NCBI RefSeq assembly: GCF_003609645.1
Contig: NZ_MCIB01000036.1
Span: forward strand, 67,303-131,302
Direction: 5' to 3'
Source of the DNA: Thermohalobacter berrensis
GTDB taxonomy: Bacteria; Bacillota; Clostridia; Tissierellales; Thermohalobacteraceae
Length of the DNA stretch: 64,000 nt
Shown one piece after another: positions 39,940 to 49,690 of the stretch (position 1 is the first letter of the stretch; each line of letters opens with the position of its first letter). The position numbers were made by a program, and so were the translations under genes. The notes beneath the pieces were generated by a model. That model saw nothing but the letters and a program-made list of their open reading frames with translations, ran no database searches and was not told the DNA's origin.

Positions 39940-40833
39940 ATGGGGATGTCAAATTTTCTACAACAATTAGCCAATGGAATTTCACTAGGTAGTTTATATG
40001 CATTGTTAGCTATAGGGTATACAATGGTATACGGTATATTAAGACTTATAAACTTTGCCCATGGAGATATATTTATGGTTGGTACCTACATTGCTTTTTA
40101 CTCAATGACCTCTTTCTTATTACCATGGTGGTTGTCTTTTTTAATAGCCATGATTCTAACTTGTATATTTGGAATTATTGTTGAAAAGGCAGCATATAAA
40201 CCATTAAGAAATTCACCTAGGATATCTGTAATGATTTCTGCTATAGGAGCTTCATTCCTAATTGAAAATTTAGCCATAGTTTTATTTGGTGGTAGACCAA
40301 AGGCTTTTCCAATACCAGATATGTTTAATAAAGTAGTTAAAATTGGAAATGTATCAATTGTAAGTGTAAATTTTTATATACCTATAATAACCGGTATACT
40401 TCTATTAATTTTGCTTTATGTGGTAAATAACACTAAGACAGGTATGGCTATGAGGGCTGTATCAAAGGATTATGAAGCAGCTAGACTTATGGGAATTGAT
40501 GTAAACAAAATAGTATCTTTTACTTTCGGGATTGGTTCAGTTTTAGCAGCAATGGGAGGAATAATGTGGGGATTAAAATTTCCTAATCTTGTTCCATTAA
40601 TGGGACTTATGCCAGGTCTTAAATGCTTTATAGCAGCAGTTGTTGGGGGAATAGGAGATATAAGAGGTGCAGTTTTAGGTGGCTTTATTTTGGGGTTAGG
40701 AGAAATAATGATTGTGGCATTTTTACCTTCTTTAACAGGTTATAGAGATGCCTTTGCATTTATACTTTTAATAGTAATATTATTATTAAAACCAGCTGGA
40801 TTAATGGGAAAAAATTTAACAGAGAAGGTGTAG
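39940..40833 (+). CDS. livH: Branched-chain amino-acid ABC permease LivH
   Basis: LivH/BPD_transp_2 family; start after AGGGTGG. Confidence 0.85.
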   Translation: MGMSNFLQQLANGISLGSLYALLAIGYTMVYGILRLINFAHGDIFMVGTYIAFYSMTSFLLPWWLSFLIAMILTCIFGIIVEKAAYKPLRNSPRISVMISAIGASFLIENLAIVLFGGRPKAFPIPDMFNKVVKIGNVSIVSVNFYIPIITGILLLILLYVVNNTKTGMAMRAVSKDYEAARLMGIDVNKIVSFTFGIGSVLAAMGGIMWGLKFPNLVPLMGLMPGLKCFIAAVVGGIGDIRGAVLGGFILGLGEIMIVAFLPSLTGYRDAFAFILLIVILLLKPAGLMGKNLTEKV

Positions 40834-40836
40834 CCT

Positions 40837-41880
40837 ATGAAGGATAAAAGAAAAATTTTAACAATAATATCACTTATATTATTTGTGATACTACTTTTTA
40901 TAATGAATAGAACTTTTGATTCTTATGAGATAAGAATTCTAAATTTATGTGGAATATATGTTGTATTGGGGTTAAGTTTAAATTTAATAAATGGTTTTAC
41001 TGGTCTTTTTTCCTTAGGACATGCGGGTTTTATGGCAATTGGAGCCTATACTTCTGCAATTTTTACGATGTCTCCTGAATTAAAACAGATGAATTATTAT
41101 TTAAAACCGATAATTCCAATATTTAAAAATATTCAGCTACCATTTCTTCCTTCTTTATTAATAGCTGGTTTAATGGCTGGATTAATAGGTTTTTTAATAG
41201 CTGCTCCAGTTTTAAGACTTAAAGATGATTACTTGGCTATTGCAACTTTAGGATTTAGCGAAATTATTAGGGTGGTATTTACTAATACTCAAAGCCTAAC
41301 TAATGGTGCTTTAGGATTAAAGGGTTTACCAAAGTATACAAATGTTTGGTGGAGCTGGGGAATGGCAATAGGAACGGTCATTTTTATGGTTTTATTAATA
41401 AAAGGTAGCTATGGTAGAGCTCTTATGGCAATAAGAGAAGATGAAATAGCAGCTGAAGCCATGGGAATAGATTTATTTAGGCATAAAATAATTTCATTTA
41501 CAATTGGTTCATTTTTAGCAGGAGTTGGAGGAGCATTACTTGCTCATTTATTGGGTACAATTGACCCTTTAATGTTTAGGTTCTTACTTACATTTAATAT
41601 ACTACTTATTGTAGTTCTTGGGGGAATAGGTAGTATAACAGGTACAGTTATATCAGCAGTTGTTGTTACTGTACTAATGGAATTTTTAAGAGTATTAGAC
41701 GGAACCATGGACTTAGGATTTATTAGAATATCAGGCATTCCAGGAATGCGTATGGTTGTATTTTCTGCTCTTCTTATGTTTGTAATTCTTTTTTATCAGA
41801 GAGGAATTATGGGTACAAAGGAATTTACCTGGGATTGGATATTAAATAGAAAGAAAAAATATACACAAATTAAAGGCTAA
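40837..41880 (+). CDS. livM: Branched-chain amino-acid ABC permease LivM
   Basis: LivM-family polytopic membrane protein. Confidence 0.85.
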   Translation: MKDKRKILTIISLILFVILLFIMNRTFDSYEIRILNLCGIYVVLGLSLNLINGFTGLFSLGHAGFMAIGAYTSAIFTMSPELKQMNYYLKPIIPIFKNIQLPFLPSLLIAGLMAGLIGFLIAAPVLRLKDDYLAIATLGFSEIIRVVFTNTQSLTNGALGLKGLPKYTNVWWSWGMAIGTVIFMVLLIKGSYGRALMAIREDEIAAEAMGIDLFRHKIISFTIGSFLAGVGGALLAHLLGTIDPLMFRFLLTFNILLIVVLGGIGSITGTVISAVVVTVLMEFLRVLDGTMDLGFIRISGIPGMRMVVFSALLMFVILFYQRGIMGTKEFTWDWILNRKKKYTQIKG

Positions 41881-41898
41881 ATAAGGGAAGTGAAAGGG

Positions 41899-42660
41899 AT
41901 GTCTTTATTAAGAACTAATAATTTAACAAAGAAATTTGGTGGATTAACAGCTGTATCAAAATTTGCTATGGATATAAAAGAAATGGAAATAGTCGGTTTG
42001 ATTGGTCCAAACGGTGCAGGAAAAACCACAGTATTTAATATGTTAACAGGGGTTTATAAGCCTACTAAAGGGAGTATATTTTTTGACGGAAGGGATATTA
42101 CAGGAATTAAATCCCATGAGGTTACTAAATTAGGTATAGCAAGAACCTTTCAGAATATTAGACTTTTCAAGGAATTATCTGTATTAGATAATGTTTTGGT
42201 TGCAAATCATTTAAGACTAAAATCAAACATACTTTTTTCTGTGTTAAGAACACCTAATTATATTAGACAGGAAAAACATATGTATGAAAAGTCTATGGAA
42301 CTATTAAAAGAAGTAGGATTAGATGATGTAAAGGATGAAATGGCTTCCTCCCTACCTTATGGTAAACAGAGGAGACTAGAGATAGCAAGGGCTTTGGCAA
42401 CAGATCCAAAGATTTTATTGTTAGATGAGCCTGCAGCAGGGATGAATCCTCAAGAGTCTTTTGAGTTAATGGAATTTATACATGATATTAGAGATAAATT
42501 TGATTTAACTATTTTCATGATTGAACATCATATGCAGGTTGTAATGGGAGTATGTGAAAAAATATATGTTTTAGATCATGGTGTTACTATTGCTGAAGGA
42601 ACACCAAAGGAAATTCAAAATGATGAAAAAGTAATAGAAGCCTATTTAGGGGTGGATTAA
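41899..42660 (+). CDS. livG: Branched-chain amino-acid ABC ATPase LivG
   Basis: GPNGAGKTT, LPYGKQRRLEIARAL and LLDEPAAG. Confidence 0.85.
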   Translation: MSLLRTNNLTKKFGGLTAVSKFAMDIKEMEIVGLIGPNGAGKTTVFNMLTGVYKPTKGSIFFDGRDITGIKSHEVTKLGIARTFQNIRLFKELSVLDNVLVANHLRLKSNILFSVLRTPNYIRQEKHMYEKSMELLKEVGLDDVKDEMASSLPYGKQRRLEIARALATDPKILLLDEPAAGMNPQESFELMEFIHDIRDKFDLTIFMIEHHMQVVMGVCEKIYVLDHGVTIAEGTPKEIQNDEKVIEAYLGVD

Positions 42661-42661
42661 T

Positions 42662-43372
42662 ATGTTGAAAATAAAAGATTTAAATGTTCATTATGGAGGT
42701 ATACATGCACTAAGGGGTATAAATATAGATGTACCTAAAAATAAGATAGTTACATTAATAGGAGCTAACGGAGCAGGTAAAAGCACAACACTTAGAACAA
42801 TTATGGGCCTTGTAAGGGGTTCAAAGGGTAAAATAAATTATAATGATACTGATATAACTAATAAAGAAACAAAGGAAATAGTTGAAATGGGAGCAGTTTT
42901 AGTTCCAGAAGGTAGAAGAGTTTTTGCCAATTTAACCGTTGAGGAAAATTTAACTTTAGGTGCTTATATTCGTAAGGATAAAAGTGAAATTAAAAAGGAT
43001 ATGGAGCTTGTTTATAAACTATTTCCGAGACTTGCAGAAAGGAAATGGCAGAAGGCTGGTACCATGTCAGGTGGTGAACAGCAGATGCTTGCTGTAGGAA
43101 GGGCCCTTATGACTAAGCCTAAGCTTTTAATGATGGATGAACCATCATTAGGGTTAGCACCCCTTATAGTTAAGGATATTTTTGAAATAATTAAAGAAAT
43201 TCATAGACAAGGAGTTACAATTCTATTAATTGAGCAAAATGCAAAAGCAGCATTAGAGATTGCTGATTACGGATATGTTCTAGAAACAGGAAGTATAGTC
43301 CTTGAGGGTGAAGGTAATGAACTTTTAAATAATGATGAGGTTCAAAAGGCATATTTGGGAGAAACGAAGTAA
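42662..43372 (+). CDS. livF: Branched-chain amino-acid ABC ATPase LivF
   Basis: GANGAGKST, SGGEQQMLAVGRAL and MMDEPSLG. Confidence 0.85.
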   Translation: MLKIKDLNVHYGGIHALRGINIDVPKNKIVTLIGANGAGKSTTLRTIMGLVRGSKGKINYNDTDITNKETKEIVEMGAVLVPEGRRVFANLTVEENLTLGAYIRKDKSEIKKDMELVYKLFPRLAERKWQKAGTMSGGEQQMLAVGRALMTKPKLLMMDEPSLGLAPLIVKDIFEIIKEIHRQGVTILLIEQNAKAALEIADYGYVLETGSIVLEGEGNELLNNDEVQKAYLGETK

Positions 43373-43412
43373 CACAATTGAAAATGGAAAATTGAGAATT
43401 GAAAATTACTGA

Positions 43413-43443
43413 ATGGGCTGAATTACTCAGCCCATATTTTTTA
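43413..43443 (+). terminator. Intrinsic terminator after liv operon
   Basis: ATGGGCTGA-attac-TCAGCCCAT followed by ATTTTTTATT. Confidence 0.7.
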
Positions 43444-43767
43444 TTATATAAGCAAGCATATTTTAACGAATTGCTGAAACAAAGGCAAATGATGTATTTA
43501 AGTATAATGAAAAATTTTATAAGACAATAAAAATTAAGGTTGCGAGGATGAAATCCCTTACCATACTAGAGGGGTGCTTAAGACTTGCAAGCAACAGCCG
43601 AAGGGGAACTAGGTCGCTTAGCAGAAGCGAGTTTTGCCGGTTTTTTTTATATGTTTAATAATTAAAATAGGGATTTATATTATAATATAAATGTGTAGCA
43701 AATGAAAAATATAGTAGGTTTTGTTTTACAACGAAGAATATTTATTTCAAAACAAAGGAGGCTGATT

Positions 43768-44262
43768 TTGAAAAAAATAAATTTTAACAATAAACTTTTT
43801 AAAATTTTTTCTTGGGTAATATTTTTCATGTATCTATTACTATTAATAAAAGTTATCATTTTAAAGTATCCAATTAAGGCTATTATTGAAGCAATTGAAC
43901 AGACCAATATAGAGAATTTTAAAAGAAGAATACTTTATAGTAATTTTATTCCTATGAAAACTATATTCTACTATTTGATTAGTGAAGACAATATTAAAAT
44001 AAGTAAATTGAATATTGGTGCCAACATTATAGCTTTTATTCCACTAGGCTTTATATTACCTTTTCTAATTGAAAGGTTAAAAAAGCTAAGCAAGATATTT
44101 ATTATTGCTTTTATTATAAGTTTGATATTTGAATTGATACAGTTAATAACTGGTATTGGAGTATTTGATGTTGATGATTTAATATTAAATGTGTTAGGGG
44201 CAATATTAGGATTTGGTATATATAATATGATAAAAAGTTTAATTATTAGAAAACTTAATTAA
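43768..44262 (+). CDS. VanZ-family membrane protein
   Basis: TTG 43768 lies 7 nt after AAAGGAGG. VanZ-like motifs IIAFIPLGFILPF and DVDDLILNVLGAILGFGIY. Confidence 0.65.
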   Translation: MKKINFNNKLFKIFSWVIFFMYLLLLIKVIILKYPIKAIIEAIEQTNIENFKRRILYSNFIPMKTIFYYLISEDNIKISKLNIGANIIAFIPLGFILPFLIERLKKLSKIFIIAFIISLIFELIQLITGIGVFDVDDLILNVLGAILGFGIYNMIKSLIIRKLN

Positions 44263-44275
44263 AAATTACACATAA

Positions 44276-44310
44276 AAAGCTGATGGGTATATACCCATCA
44301 GCTTTTTTTA
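44276..44310 (+). terminator. Intrinsic terminator
   Basis: AGCTGATGGGTATATACCCATCAGCT perfect palindrome followed by T7. Confidence 0.75.
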
Positions 44311-44394
44311 TGTATAAAAGTAAGTATTAATAAAATAAAGAAAGCATATATATGTGCTGTGGAAATAAATGGAATTTATTTTTAGGAAAGGAGG

Positions 44395-44958
44395 GTGTTG
44401 GTGGATTGGTGGAACGGAATAACGGGGTTTGAGAAGATATTTTGGTATTTTGCAATACCGTTTTCTCTAGCATTTATAGTGCAGGTTGTCTTAACCTTTA
44501 TGGGAATGGATGGAGATGTAGATGTATTTGATGCATTTTTAGATTTTGATTCATTTCCTTTATTTACAGTGAGGAACTTTATAATATTTTTTACAGTATT
44601 CGGATGGACTGGAATTGCTGCAATAAATGCAGGTTTTAGCAAAACAGTTACATTAATATTAGCTATTTTTCTAGCTTTAATTTTAATGCTTATTGTCGCA
44701 GGTACTTTTTATTTTATGAACAGATTAACTGAAAGTGGAAATATGGATTTGACAAATGCTATAAACCGTATAGGAGAAGTATATATTAAGATACCTGCAA
44801 ATAGAAAAGGAAGGGGAAAGGTTCATATTGAAATTCAAGGTTCATTAAGGGAGATTGAAGCAGTAACAGATGGGGAAGAATTAAAATCTGGAGAAATGGT
44901 AAAGGTTGTAAAAGTATTAAATGACCAATTACTTTTAGTTGAAAAAGTGGATAAATAA
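44395..44958 (+). CDS. NfeD-family membrane protein with C-terminal OB-fold (YuaF-like), flotillin partner
   Basis: AGGAGGGTG SD. TM N-terminus, C-terminal beta domain, and position immediately upstream of flotillin as in the B. subtilis yuaF–floT pair. Confidence 0.7.
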   Translation: MLVDWWNGITGFEKIFWYFAIPFSLAFIVQVVLTFMGMDGDVDVFDAFLDFDSFPLFTVRNFIIFFTVFGWTGIAAINAGFSKTVTLILAIFLALILMLIVAGTFYFMNRLTESGNMDLTNAINRIGEVYIKIPANRKGRGKVHIEIQGSLREIEAVTDGEELKSGEMVKVVKVLNDQLLLVEKVDK

Positions 44959-44973
44959 AAGGGGGATATTGTT

Positions 44974-46395
44974 ATGGGTTATTCAATAATACTAATTAGT
45001 ATTGTTGTTGTAGTAATATTTGCAACTTTAGCTGCTATCTTTACTAGATATAAAAAATGTCCAGCAGACAAGGTACTAGTAGTATATGGTAAGGTAGGAA
45101 AGGGTTCAGATGGTGCTTTTCGTTCTGCAAAGTGTATACATGGAGGGGCTGCTTTTATATGGCCTGTTATACAAAGTTATGAATTTTTAGATTTAACACC
45201 TATTTCAATAGAAGTAAACTTAAAAAATGCCTTAAGTAAGCAAAATATTAGAGTAGATGTTCCTTCAAGATTTACAGTTGGTATTTCTACTGAGCCCGGA
45301 GTTATGAATAATGCAGCAGAAAGGCTACTGGGATTACAGCTAGATGAAATTCAGGAGCTAGCAAAAGATATAATCTTTGGTCAGCTAAGGTTAGTAATTG
45401 CAACAATGGATATTGAAGAGATAAATGCTGATAGAGATAAATTTTTGGCAAATGTAACTACAAATGTTGAGGCAGAACTTAAAAAAATTGGTTTAAAATT
45501 AATAAATGTAAATGTTACAGATATAAAAGATGAATCAGGATATATAGAAGCATTAGGTAAAGAAGCAGCTGCAAAGGCTATTAATGATGCCAAAAGAACA
45601 GTTGCTGAGAAAAATCGTGATGGTGCAATTGGTGAAGCTAATGCTAAGAGGGATGAAAGAATTAGAGTGTCTGAAGCAAATGCAACGGCTGTTGAAGGAG
45701 AAAATAAAGCTAAAATATCTATTGCCAATTCGGAAGCTGAAAGAAGACAAAGAGAAGCTGAAGCTAATAGAAAAGCAATTGCAGCAGAAAAGGTTCAAAC
45801 AGCTAAAGCCCTTGAAGAGGCATATCTTGCAGAACAGGAGGCAGAAAAGACACGTGCAGAAAAACAAAGGGCTACTAAGATTGCAGACATAGTTATTCCA
45901 GCAGAAATAGAAAAACAAAAAGCAGAAATAGAGGCAGAAGCAGAAGCCGAAAGAATTAGACGTAAAGCAAGAGGGGAAGCAGATGGTGTGTTAATGAAAA
46001 TGGAAGCAGAAGCTAAGGGTAAAATGGAAATATTAAGTAAACAGGCTGAAGGTTTTGAAAAAATAGTTGAGGCAGCAGGTGGTAATGCTAAAGATGCTGT
46101 TACATTAATGATTGCAGATAAACTTCCTGAACTAGTTAAGACTCAAGTTGAAGCAATAAAGAACATTAAGATAGATAAAGTTACTGTTTGGGATTCAATG
46201 GGAGGAGATAAACAAACTCCTATGACAGCAAACTTTTTATCTGGAATGTTAAAGTCAATCCCTCCTTTTGATGATATTTTCAAAATGGCTGGAATGGAGC
46301 TTCCTAATTACTTAACAGGAGATGTAAAAGATAATATAGAGGATAAGGTTGAGGAAATAAAAAAGGAAGATATAGATAAAGAAGATAAAAATTAA
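44974..46395 (+). CDS. floT: Flotillin (SPFH/band-7 family, FloT-like)
   Basis: N-terminal TM, SPFH domain, and long EA-rich coiled-coil repeats (AEAEAERIRRKARGEA...). Confidence 0.85.
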   Translation: MGYSIILISIVVVVIFATLAAIFTRYKKCPADKVLVVYGKVGKGSDGAFRSAKCIHGGAAFIWPVIQSYEFLDLTPISIEVNLKNALSKQNIRVDVPSRFTVGISTEPGVMNNAAERLLGLQLDEIQELAKDIIFGQLRLVIATMDIEEINADRDKFLANVTTNVEAELKKIGLKLINVNVTDIKDESGYIEALGKEAAAKAINDAKRTVAEKNRDGAIGEANAKRDERIRVSEANATAVEGENKAKISIANSEAERRQREAEANRKAIAAEKVQTAKALEEAYLAEQEAEKTRAEKQRATKIADIVIPAEIEKQKAEIEAEAEAERIRRKARGEADGVLMKMEAEAKGKMEILSKQAEGFEKIVEAAGGNAKDAVTLMIADKLPELVKTQVEAIKNIKIDKVTVWDSMGGDKQTPMTANFLSGMLKSIPPFDDIFKMAGMELPNYLTGDVKDNIEDKVEEIKKEDIDKEDKN

Positions 46396-46437
46396 AATCA
46401 GCTCTAGATAATTATAATCGTATATTTTTAAATAAAT

Positions 46438-47031
46438 TTGTTAATAATGATGGATAAAATGTTCCAATACAAGGGGGGATTGAAAATTAAAAGGATAAAA
46501 TTTATTTTAGTTATACTACTAATAGTATCTATTAGTACAACGGCTAGTTTTGCAGAGGACTTTTTAAAAGAAATAAAAGTATATTTTAATAATATAAAAA
46601 TTGAAGTAGATAATAAAGAAGTTTCAACAGATACGGAACCATTTATTTATAATGATAGGGTTTATGTACCTTTAAGATTTGTTGCTGAAGCAATGAATGC
46701 TAAAGTAAGTTGGGAAAATGAAGAAAATAAAGCTATAATTAAAACCTTTGATGATGTTGAAGAATGTGACTATTTAAATGGAGAAGTTTTTGTCTACGGG
46801 ATGATAACAGATATTGATTATGAAAAAAGGAAGATTACACTAGAACAGCATTATGATGATAATAGTATTGAAGTTACTCCTTTATTAGAAGTAAAAGAGA
46901 ATGTTGTTATTGTTTTACAGAGAAATGATAAAAAAATGAACATAAAATTTAAGGATTTAAAAATTGGGGATAATATAGGATTAATATTAGATAAAAACAA
47001 AAAGGTTAGGGGAATTATAATTTCCGTTTAG
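46438..47031 (+). CDS. Secreted protein with copper-amine-oxidase N-terminal-like domain
   Basis: Signal-like N-terminus. Motif YNDRVYVPLRFVAEAMNAKVSWENEENKAII is typical of the Cu_amine_oxidN1 domain in Clostridia. Start is uncertain. Confidence 0.5.
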   Translation: MLIMMDKMFQYKGGLKIKRIKFILVILLIVSISTTASFAEDFLKEIKVYFNNIKIEVDNKEVSTDTEPFIYNDRVYVPLRFVAEAMNAKVSWENEENKAIIKTFDDVEECDYLNGEVFVYGMITDIDYEKRKITLEQHYDDNSIEVTPLLEVKENVVIVLQRNDKKMNIKFKDLKIGDNIGLILDKNKKVRGIIISV

Positions 47032-47045
47032 TTGTTTAGGATAAT

Positions 47046-47084
47046 AAAAAGAGAAGGAATTTAGTGTTCCTTCTCTTTTTGTTT
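47046..47084. terminator. Bidirectional terminator between convergent genes
   Basis: AAAAAGAGAAGGAA-tttagtg-TTCCTTCTCTTTTT. Confidence 0.7.
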
Positions 47085-47095
47085 AAAATTATTAA

Positions 47096-48505
47096 TTATA
47101 GTCCTGCATTTAACTTTATATTAATTTCAGATATTTGTTTTTTCATAAGTAATATAGTGATTATACTAGCTAATATATCAGCAATTGGGAATGCTAACCA
47201 TACACCAAATAGCTGTAGATTGAATAGTCTTGGTAAAATTAATATTAAAGGTGTTAATAATATAAACTGTCTTAACAAAGATAAGATCAAAGCCGGCATT
47301 GCTTTACCTATAGCTTGAAATACTGTTGCTCCAACAAACTGAACACCAAGTAAAGGTACCATAGCAATTACTATTCTAAAAACAAAGGAGCCTTGTTTTA
47401 TTAAATTCACATCTTCAGTAAAGGCCCTAAAAATAACATGTGGAATTGATTCTCCAATAATCCAACCTATTAATGCTAAAACTGTAGAAGCCATAATAGA
47501 CAATTTAATAACTTTATTTACCCTTTCTAGCTTTCTAGCACCATAGTTAAATCCTGCAATTGGTTGCATACCTTGTACTACACCAATGATAGGGAGAAAT
47601 AAGAAAGCAATAACTCGATTGACAATACCAAATATTGTAATTCCTATATCTCCTCCATAAATTCTTAATGAATTATTAACAACAATTGCGAAAATTGTAC
47701 TAGTAGATGACCTAGCAAAGGCAGAAAACCCTACCGAAAATATTTCTTTAATAATATTCCAGTTTGGCATAAAGTGATGAAGTTTTACTTTTAAAGAACT
47801 TTTACCACTATAAATATAAAATAGAACGTAACAGAAAGAGATAAACTGTGAAACTATTGTAGCTAAAGCAGCTCCACTAATACCAAGATTAAATGCAAAA
47901 ATGAATACAGGATCTAGAATAATGTTAATTCCAGCACCTAAAATCATAGTAATCATTGCTACTTTTGCATTCCCCTCAGCACGAATAAGGTTATTAGACA
48001 TTACAGCAAAAGCAAAAAAGATACTACCTATAAGGATGATTTTAGTATAATCATTGGCATAGGGAAGTAGAGTATTTGTTGCACCAAAAATAGTTAATAA
48101 TTCTTCTGTAAAGTTTAAACCCAATATAGTAAAAAGACCAACCAAAACTAAAACTGATATAAATCCGTTTCCTGCAATTTGGTTAGCCCTTTCAACTTTA
48201 TTAGCACCTAAACTTCTTGATACAGCTGAAGCTGCACCAATTCCAACCATCTGAGCTAATCCCATAATTAACATTTGAATTGGAAAAGCTATAGCTAAAC
48301 CACCGATTGCTAATGAACCAACCCCTTTACCAATAAATATTGTATCAACAACGTTATACAGCCCATTTACCATCATAGCAATTGCTGCTGGAAATGATAA
48401 TTTAAGTAATAGTTTACTGACCTTTTCTTCTCCTAGTCTAGCACTTCTTGGATTCATAAAATTATCTCCTTTCTTAATTATAGCTACGTCTTTAAATGTT
48501 GACAT
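47096..48505 (-). CDS. MATE-family efflux transporter
   Basis: 12-TM MATE architecture and size; N-terminal region ...EEKVSKLLLKLSFPAAIAMMVNGLYNVVDTIFIGKG is typical of NorM-like proteins. Confidence 0.85.
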   Translation of the reverse strand: MSTFKDVAIIKKGDNFMNPRSARLGEEKVSKLLLKLSFPAAIAMMVNGLYNVVDTIFIGKGVGSLAIGGLAIAFPIQMLIMGLAQMVGIGAASAVSRSLGANKVERANQIAGNGFISVLVLVGLFTILGLNFTEELLTIFGATNTLLPYANDYTKIILIGSIFFAFAVMSNNLIRAEGNAKVAMITMILGAGINIILDPVFIFAFNLGISGAALATIVSQFISFCYVLFYIYSGKSSLKVKLHHFMPNWNIIKEIFSVGFSAFARSSTSTIFAIVVNNSLRIYGGDIGITIFGIVNRVIAFLFLPIIGVVQGMQPIAGFNYGARKLERVNKVIKLSIMASTVLALIGWIIGESIPHVIFRAFTEDVNLIKQGSFVFRIVIAMVPLLGVQFVGATVFQAIGKAMPALILSLLRQFILLTPLILILPRLFNLQLFGVWLAFPIADILASIITILLMKKQISEINIKLNAGL

Positions 48506-48579
48506 TTGTTAATAAAAGAAATATTATAAAAGTAGATAGTTATATTTTTATAACTATTATAATTACATAACTATTATAA
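48499..48579 (+). promoter_or_regulatory. marR promoter with candidate MarR operator repeats
   Basis: TTGACA-17-TATTAT (48499-48527). Perfect inverted repeat TAGTTATA-tttt-TATAACTA (48537-48556). Direct repeat ATAACTATTATAA x2 (48550-48562, 48567-48579). Confidence 0.5.
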
Positions 48580-48625
48580 ACTTAATTAATGAGAAAAACA
48601 ACATATTTTTTAATGGGGTGAAATT

Positions 48626-49069
48626 ATGAATAATAATTCTTTAGAACCTATTGTAGAAAGCATATTTAGTATACTTCCTCTATTCAAAAAAAAATTGATA
48701 AAACCTCATAAACATAATAAAGCTATTGACTTATCGCCATCTCATTTACAAATTCTATTTTTACTTGATGATTTAGGAAAATTACCTATTTCTGAAATTG
48801 GTAAACATCTATTTATATCAAAACCTAATATGACTCCACTTATTCAAAAGCTTATTAAAGAAAATTTAGTTGAGCGTATAAGGAATGAGGAAGATAGACG
48901 GTATATAGACATTCAAATTACAAAAAAGGGTAAAGAATTAATAGAAAATCATAAAGCTCTAGTAGCTGGAAACCTTAAAAAGAAATTAGCTAATTTGAGT
49001 GAAGAGGATTTAAAGGAACTTTCATTATCATTAAATAAAGTAAAAGAAATAATTTCAAAATTAGATTAA
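48626..49069 (+). CDS. MarR-family transcriptional regulator
   Basis: Winged-helix region LSPSHLQILFLLDDLGKLPISEIGKHLFISKPNMTPLIQKLIKENLVER. Confidence 0.8.
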   Translation: MNNNSLEPIVESIFSILPLFKKKLIKPHKHNKAIDLSPSHLQILFLLDDLGKLPISEIGKHLFISKPNMTPLIQKLIKENLVERIRNEEDRRYIDIQITKKGKELIENHKALVAGNLKKKLANLSEEDLKELSLSLNKVKEIISKLD

Positions 49070-49098
49070 TTTACTTTTTTCATTAAGGAGGAATAAAT

Positions 49099-49647
49099 AT
49101 GAGAGTAGTTGGATTTGTAGGAAGTCCAAGAAAAAATGGCAATACAAGCACTATTGTAGATAAAGTATTAGAAGGTGCAAAGAAAAAAGGAGCAGAAACT
49201 AAGCTATATTATTTAAATGATATGAATATAAAGGGATGTCAAGGATGCCTTTACTGTAGGAAAAATGAAAAATGTTGTGTTCAAGATGATATGGTTAAAA
49301 TATATGATGATGTTAAAGAAGCAAATGCTTTAGTGATTGGCTCTCCTGTCTATATACATCAAGTATCAGCACAAACAAAGTTATTATTAGATCGTTTTTA
49401 TCCATTAACAGATAATGAACATAAACCTAGATTTGGAGAAAAGAAGCTTATTATGGTTTATACTCAAGCAGCTCCCCTTAAAATCTTCTTTAAAAAATAC
49501 TTTAGATATCTCGAAAAGTCCCTTGAGCCTATGGGATTGAAAAAGGTATCAAGAATTGTAGCTACTAAGTGTTTTGAAAAAAATTCAACTTCTAACAACA
49601 TAAAAATTACGGAAAAAGCATTTAAAATTGGAGCTAATTTAGTTTAA
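49099..49647 (+). CDS. Flavodoxin-fold NAD(P)H-dependent FMN reductase / iron-sulfur flavoprotein-like
   Basis: MRVVGFVGSPRKNGNTS... plus a Cys cluster CQGCLYCRKNEKCC. Confidence 0.7.
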   Translation: MRVVGFVGSPRKNGNTSTIVDKVLEGAKKKGAETKLYYLNDMNIKGCQGCLYCRKNEKCCVQDDMVKIYDDVKEANALVIGSPVYIHQVSAQTKLLLDRFYPLTDNEHKPRFGEKKLIMVYTQAAPLKIFFKKYFRYLEKSLEPMGLKKVSRIVATKCFEKNSTSNNIKITEKAFKIGANLV

Positions 49648-49657
49648 TAAAAACTAA

Positions 49658-49690
49658 AAAAACACCGTAGAAAAATACGGTGTTTTTCTA
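49658..49690. terminator. Bidirectional terminator
   Basis: ACACCGTA-gaaaaa-TACGGTGT followed by T5, with A-run upstream. Confidence 0.7.

Noticed and set aside
43550-43680. 39-aa leader-peptide-like ORF (MKSLTILEGCLRLASNSRRGTRSLSRSEFCRFFLYV) in the vanZ leader
   Set aside because: The SD abuts the ATG (no spacer), and the peptide has no regulatory-codon enrichment. More likely it is a structured RNA segment.
45381-45918. Three overlapping ORFs (45381-45728 -, 45553-45918 -, 45584-45892 +) inside the flotillin gene
   Set aside because: They are low-complexity translations of the flotillin EA-repeat region in other frames. They have no SD and are embedded in a well-supported gene.
47064-47318. 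84-aa plus-strand ORF overlapping the 3' end of the MATE gene
   Set aside because: It is antisense to a conserved transporter C-terminus and starts inside the bidirectional terminator.
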